Below the pieces are notes generated by a model. That model was not told where the DNA came from. It did no database searches and worked only from the letters and a program-made list of their open reading frames with translations. A stretch of DNA of 57,915 nucleotides, filler included, from Squatina squatina (lineage: Eukaryota), in the NCBI GenBank assembly GCA_031763465.1. It is 3 parts of 2 records of this genome, joined end to end, with 100 filler letters (N's around TTAATTAATTAA, not from the genome) between each part and the next. Parts side by side here need not be neighbours in the genome. Positions count along the whole stretch, not along the records: positions 29,004 to 57,915 come from JARFOE010000080.1; 2 more parts are not named here. One strand, 5' to 3'. A program made the translations under genes and the position numbers. Shown here piece by piece: positions 53,213-57,915 of the stretch. Every line of letters starts with the position of its first letter. The stretch's first letter is position 1.

Positions 53213-53902
53213 GGGGACAAAGTTTGCTAGTGTCCCGATCGGCGTGGTATTGGCTGTACCGTCCCGGTAATGAGATAGAGCGCTGTCCGCCTCATTTTCA
53301 GGCAGTAATGGGGCGATGATGGGGCGCTGATGATGTCAGCGCCACGCTCTGGAGGCCAGCACTTTGTGGAGCGCTGATGTCACAGGTGGTCCCACTCCTT
53401 TCCTTAAAGGGGAGGGCCGCTGCGCTTCATGAGGCACCCCGACGGTTGCCACAGGGCCACCAGGTGTGCTTCAGACCGGGCCAATAGCCCAGCATGCTAG
53501 TCAACATGCCAGGCTAATGGATGGCGGCCCGGTCGATGCGACAGAAAAAGATGGCGGCCGGCAGCACAAAGGCCCGCGGCACTGACAGCTTCGCATCCCA
53601 CAAAGCTGTCGGTGCCATTGCCAACAGCGGTCCTTGAGTCCTGCAGGACAACTTGCCCCGTGGGGCACAAAAAGGTCACGGCGGAGCACAAAGGGGTTGG
53701 CACGCCCTTTGATGACATGGTGTGCTGACCCACCAAAATTTGCGAGGCGAGGCGCAAAGGAGTTTGCACCTCCGTAAGCTCCTGGGGAATTTCCCAGGAG
53801 GGGACATCGCTGCCCTGCCCCAACAAAAATGATTCATTGCCCGTCCCATTAGCACCCATCCAAGGCGCTAACGGGGCTAAATAAAAGGGGAATTTCACTC
53901 CC
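53213..53902. mobile_element. Complete 690-bp Harbinger-type MITE in the IRS2 intron
   Basis: TTA|GGGGACAAAGTTT ... AATTTCACTCCC|TTA: imperfect TIRs with a 3-bp TTA target duplication; non-coding and GC-rich. Confidence 0.75.
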
Positions 53903-56900
53903 TTAGAGTATATCACTATAATTGTGGACTGGCNNNNNNNNNNNNNNNNNNNNNNNNNNNNNNNNNNNNNNNNNNNNNNNNNNNNNNNNNNNNNNNNNNN
54001 NNNNNNNNNNNNNNNNNNNNNNNNNNNNNNNNNGTTTTTGTTTTAAATAATTGTGAAAAGGCAAGTTTGAAAGACACCAAGATGTTATTTTAGCAGTTGA
54101 TTAAGTTCAATTAATTTTATCCCCCAAATCCAATTTAAAGGAATTAATATGGGGAGGCGATATTAAAAATTATTTAATTCAATACATGAATTCATCTTTT
54201 ATGCAACACTGCACGAAAGCATAAGTTTAATTCATATGGATAAAAGTTACGGAGGATGGAAACTGATAATACTGGTGGATCAAAGTTTGGTTATTGAAGT
54301 TTCTATTCAGGTTTATTTTAAATTAACAGCATGTCCTAAGGTTGTTTTAACTCTCATGTATTATTGGGGCCAACAGATGCCAGTACTGGGTCAGATGCTC
54401 CATCTTCCCGCACTCCCTTCCAGTTTGGAGCACCTTATCAGAAGCACATCATGAAAAGTGCTTCTCTCGGACTTTATTGTGGTACTTAAGAGCAGCAGAA
54501 AGTAGTGAGATTGACCAACGAACTCTTGTAGAACCTCCCTATAAATATATAAAAATAGTTTGCACATCTAGTAATTACAGATAATCAGGGAAGAGGAACG
54601 TTGATCATGTAAAGCGGGTGGGGGGTGGAAGTGCTATTTGCGTGATTAAATCATGGCAAATAGCCCAGCAACCACTCAAGTATTTCATGCACAAAGCTTT
54701 TCAAGAGCCATGAAAGCAAACTCATGCATTTTCTTGGTGACGACTGCAGTGCTGTTGCAACTGTTACCCAGCTGATAAGTCATCATTCACTTCTGTCAGA
54801 TTTCCATTACCCAGCATAGATAGATAGCTAACTGATTTGTTTGTCTTGCTTTACCAACCTACTCATTCACTTCCAGTCTTACCACTAACTAGTTCATTTG
54901 CTGATGACCGCTTCACTTAAGCCTTTGAGAATACAAAGACATAAAAGGTTGTTACTGAACCAAACAATGTGAAGGAGCTAAATTAATATTTATATTTATA
55001 TTTAGAATTTANNNNNNNNNNNNNNNNNNNNNNNNNNNNNNNNNNNNNNNNNNNNNNNNNNNNNNNNNNNNNNNNNNNNNNNNNNNNNNNNNNNNNNNNN
55101 NNNNNNNNNNNATGTATTTACAGAATATTAACAACAATGGCTTCCATGCTGAGAAAGCACTAGAATCATTTGGTAGCGTGCCTTCATTCTCAGACATCAA
55201 TTCAGTACAAGAGTGTGAGGGGGAGGATCAGCAATATTCACCACATATGAAAGATTTTATTTTGGTGTGTGGTAACTGATGAAGAACTAGAGCTGATAAT
55301 GGTACGTTACTAGATTCCTTTCAGAGTTCATTGGACTCATAATTCACAAGTATCACAGACAGAGTCTTTGGAGGTCTCCTGGAATATTACACTATGGAGT
55401 TAAAGTCATCTTTTTGCCTTGAGACAGCAATACAGTAATTCAATTTGTGGCAGATACCTGTTTTGGTACCATTCACTCTACTTATTATATTAGCTCTCAC
55501 AGGATCATACTGGAGTTCAAAACCTTTTACTTGCATGTTTGTGTTGGTGTAGATGGAAATTAACATTCAATTCTAAAACTTGCCTGAATGAAAGCAGAGA
55601 GGGACAATCGCTTAAAATGGTGACAGAACTGACTAATAGAAATGCTGATAGCTTTCTGTGAGGTAGGGGACAGATAGATTATCAAAAACTGTGGACAACT
55701 TTCATTCAGCCATTAAGATTTGAACACCTACTGAGGCAGAAGATAAAGTTCATGTCTGAACCTTTAACTACATCCCTGAGCTCTGCATTTTAACATAGGC
55801 ATTAATCTGTTTAAAAGAAACAGGTTAGTGGCTATGTAATGAATATAGCGTGAGCCCAATAAGATTCTGTCTATTGGTGATGCCGATCAGTATTTCTACA
55901 CTGTAGAGCTAAAACCTACAAACACTGATGCTTTTTGTCTAAAGATGAGCAAAGTTTGTGGCAGGTAGAATGCAAAGATCACAACTGCCATTTGTTTCCG
56001 TTTGCACAAGGTTAACTGGAGCTCTGTAATGGAGGTAGCTCATTAGCCGATACATTATTTACCCATGTGACAAGTTCATTCCCCCCCTCACTTATGACAA
56101 ACTGTGCAACCGTCCACAAAATAAAATACTTTAACTTGAGCAAAACCTCTTCCTGCTTTTAATTGTTTTTTTCCCCAGNNNNNNNNNNTCTAGTGGAGAG
56201 TGGGATGGTGACATGCCCAACCCCTCTACCAGTGTACTTCTTCAATCGATCACCAAAAACTTCTCAGGAGTGGCACTGGGTCACTTTCACCCTCCAGGAA
56301 AGTGTCTGCCTTCTACTCTGTACCTTTCGGCCTCCTTCACTCTCCTTCCAGCCCCCTCCCTGCAGTACAATCAAAGCTCACCACATGGAAAATTACAGAA
56401 ACAAACACATTTCCTACTGCAGTGTGGCAATGCATATGAAACACCAACATATTCTATCATCCTGTCGCCAGTCAATCATAGTTAGCTGATTAATATACTT
56501 AGACCCTATTCTTGTTTCTATTCACGTTGCTTGGCAAATTGTCTGAATCTATCAGGATGAAGGGAAAAGCTGTCCAATACCTAGGCCTCTGTCTTTGAGC
56601 TGACCTGCTCGTCACAGAAATCTCTGGGTCATGGCAAGTCGCACTGTTGTTTTGGCAACACACAAAAGCCCTCTACCTCCCTTCACTGACCANNNNNNNN
56701 NNNNNNNNNNNNNNNNNNNNNNNNNNNNNNNNNNNNNNNNNNNNNNNNNNNNNNNNNNNNNNNNNNNNNNNNNNNNNNNNNNNNNNNNNNNNTGACCACA
56801 GAACAAAAGCAGGCTGCTCAACTTTGTCTAATCTCCACGTCATGTAATCTTTCCTAATGCAGTGCTAACTCTGCATAATGAAAAGTTCCATCTTCAGCAA

Positions 56901-57915
56901 GAACATAATGACCTGGCTAAATCGTCATTTCTTAACCTATGACTTAAAAATATTATATATCATTAATAAACACATATATATAAGCAAACATCAAATAACC
57001 AGGAGCCACATCAACACAAGACGCTGGATGGAAACTCCTGGACTTGTTTTGAACTGGTGTAATTGGAATCGTCATGTTAGGTGCAAAAAAAATGCAGCAC
57101 ATTAATGAACTTGATGTGTTATGGGTATACGAAAACCCACACAATGTGTTGATAGACCAAAGTACGGGACATTCATTCTAATTATTAAGAGTTTTTCCTT
57201 CTTAAGATGCCCTCCTCTTCACCATGACTTCCCAAGTGTTGTCATTTCCCAGCTGAAGGACAAATACTTTTCCCCCTGTTTAGTTTGAATTACAAGGCAG
57301 ATGGTCTGAAATCATTAGCCCATTGTCAGCAGTGATGGAGGGTAGATTACTAGTGTGCTGTGCTCATAATGGCAGGTGTACAGCCCTGGGACTGCCATCT
57401 GCTGGGAAGGAAATGTTCTGTGTTTATTCTGCAGAGATGCTGAAGAGGTTGTGCTTCTGTTAAACAACAAAATAGAAGCCTTCCCTCTGTAACACTTTTT
57501 TTCCTCTCCCCTTCAGCCTTTTATGGTCCGCCTGATTGGAGTGACGCAATGCCTAAAAATAGCTGCATGTTCCATTCATTATTACTTCTTTGTAACACTT
57601 AGTGAAGGCGGTTATCTTCTAAATGAATTAAAGCCTCCCCCTTTATACACCAAGCTCATAGCTCGAGGAATAGGTGGGGATTGCAAGATGACTCAGACAT
57701 GGTTTCAGCCTGGATGCAGCTGCCTTCTGAAGCCAGAGCTTTTCTGTAATTGGACATCAGAGGGGGGAAAACCTATCCAGAGCATTTTAGCTGCCTGTGT
57801 AAATGTTCATAAGATGTTACCAAATAGTTGAAAGAGGAGGAGTGCGGCAATGATTGTGGGAGAGGCTAGAGCATGTCTAATGCCCCCTCCCCCACCAGAG
57901 AATCACAATCACACT

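Overview
Eukaryotic DNA from a fragmented draft assembly, most likely a cartilaginous fish (shark/ray): it carries HER1/HE1-type LINE tails, Deu-type SINEs and vertebrate genes. Two artificial 100-bp spacers (44N-TTAATTAATTAA-44N, at 16781-16880 and 28904-29003) join three apparently unrelated scaffolds. (1) 1-16780: a CCDC3-family gene on the - strand (exons 2 and 3; exon 1 probably in a gap) among Harbinger, hAT, CR1 and SINE remnants. (2) 16881-28903: 3' exons of USP10, then one CRISPLD2 exon (+). (3) 29004-57915: 3' exons of MYO16 (+), converging on the terminal exon and 3' UTR of IRS2 (-). Many exons are absent, presumably hidden in 100-N gaps of unknown true size. I found no convincing new biological system. 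The most interesting observations are a nested hAT-Charlie-like element with a target-site duplication, a long hairpin inside it, Harbinger MITEs carrying YY1-like motifs, a divergent CCDC3 C-terminus and an apparently deeply conserved IRS2 3' UTR. Gene and repeat-family assignments rest on my recall of vertebrate sequences, not on database searches.
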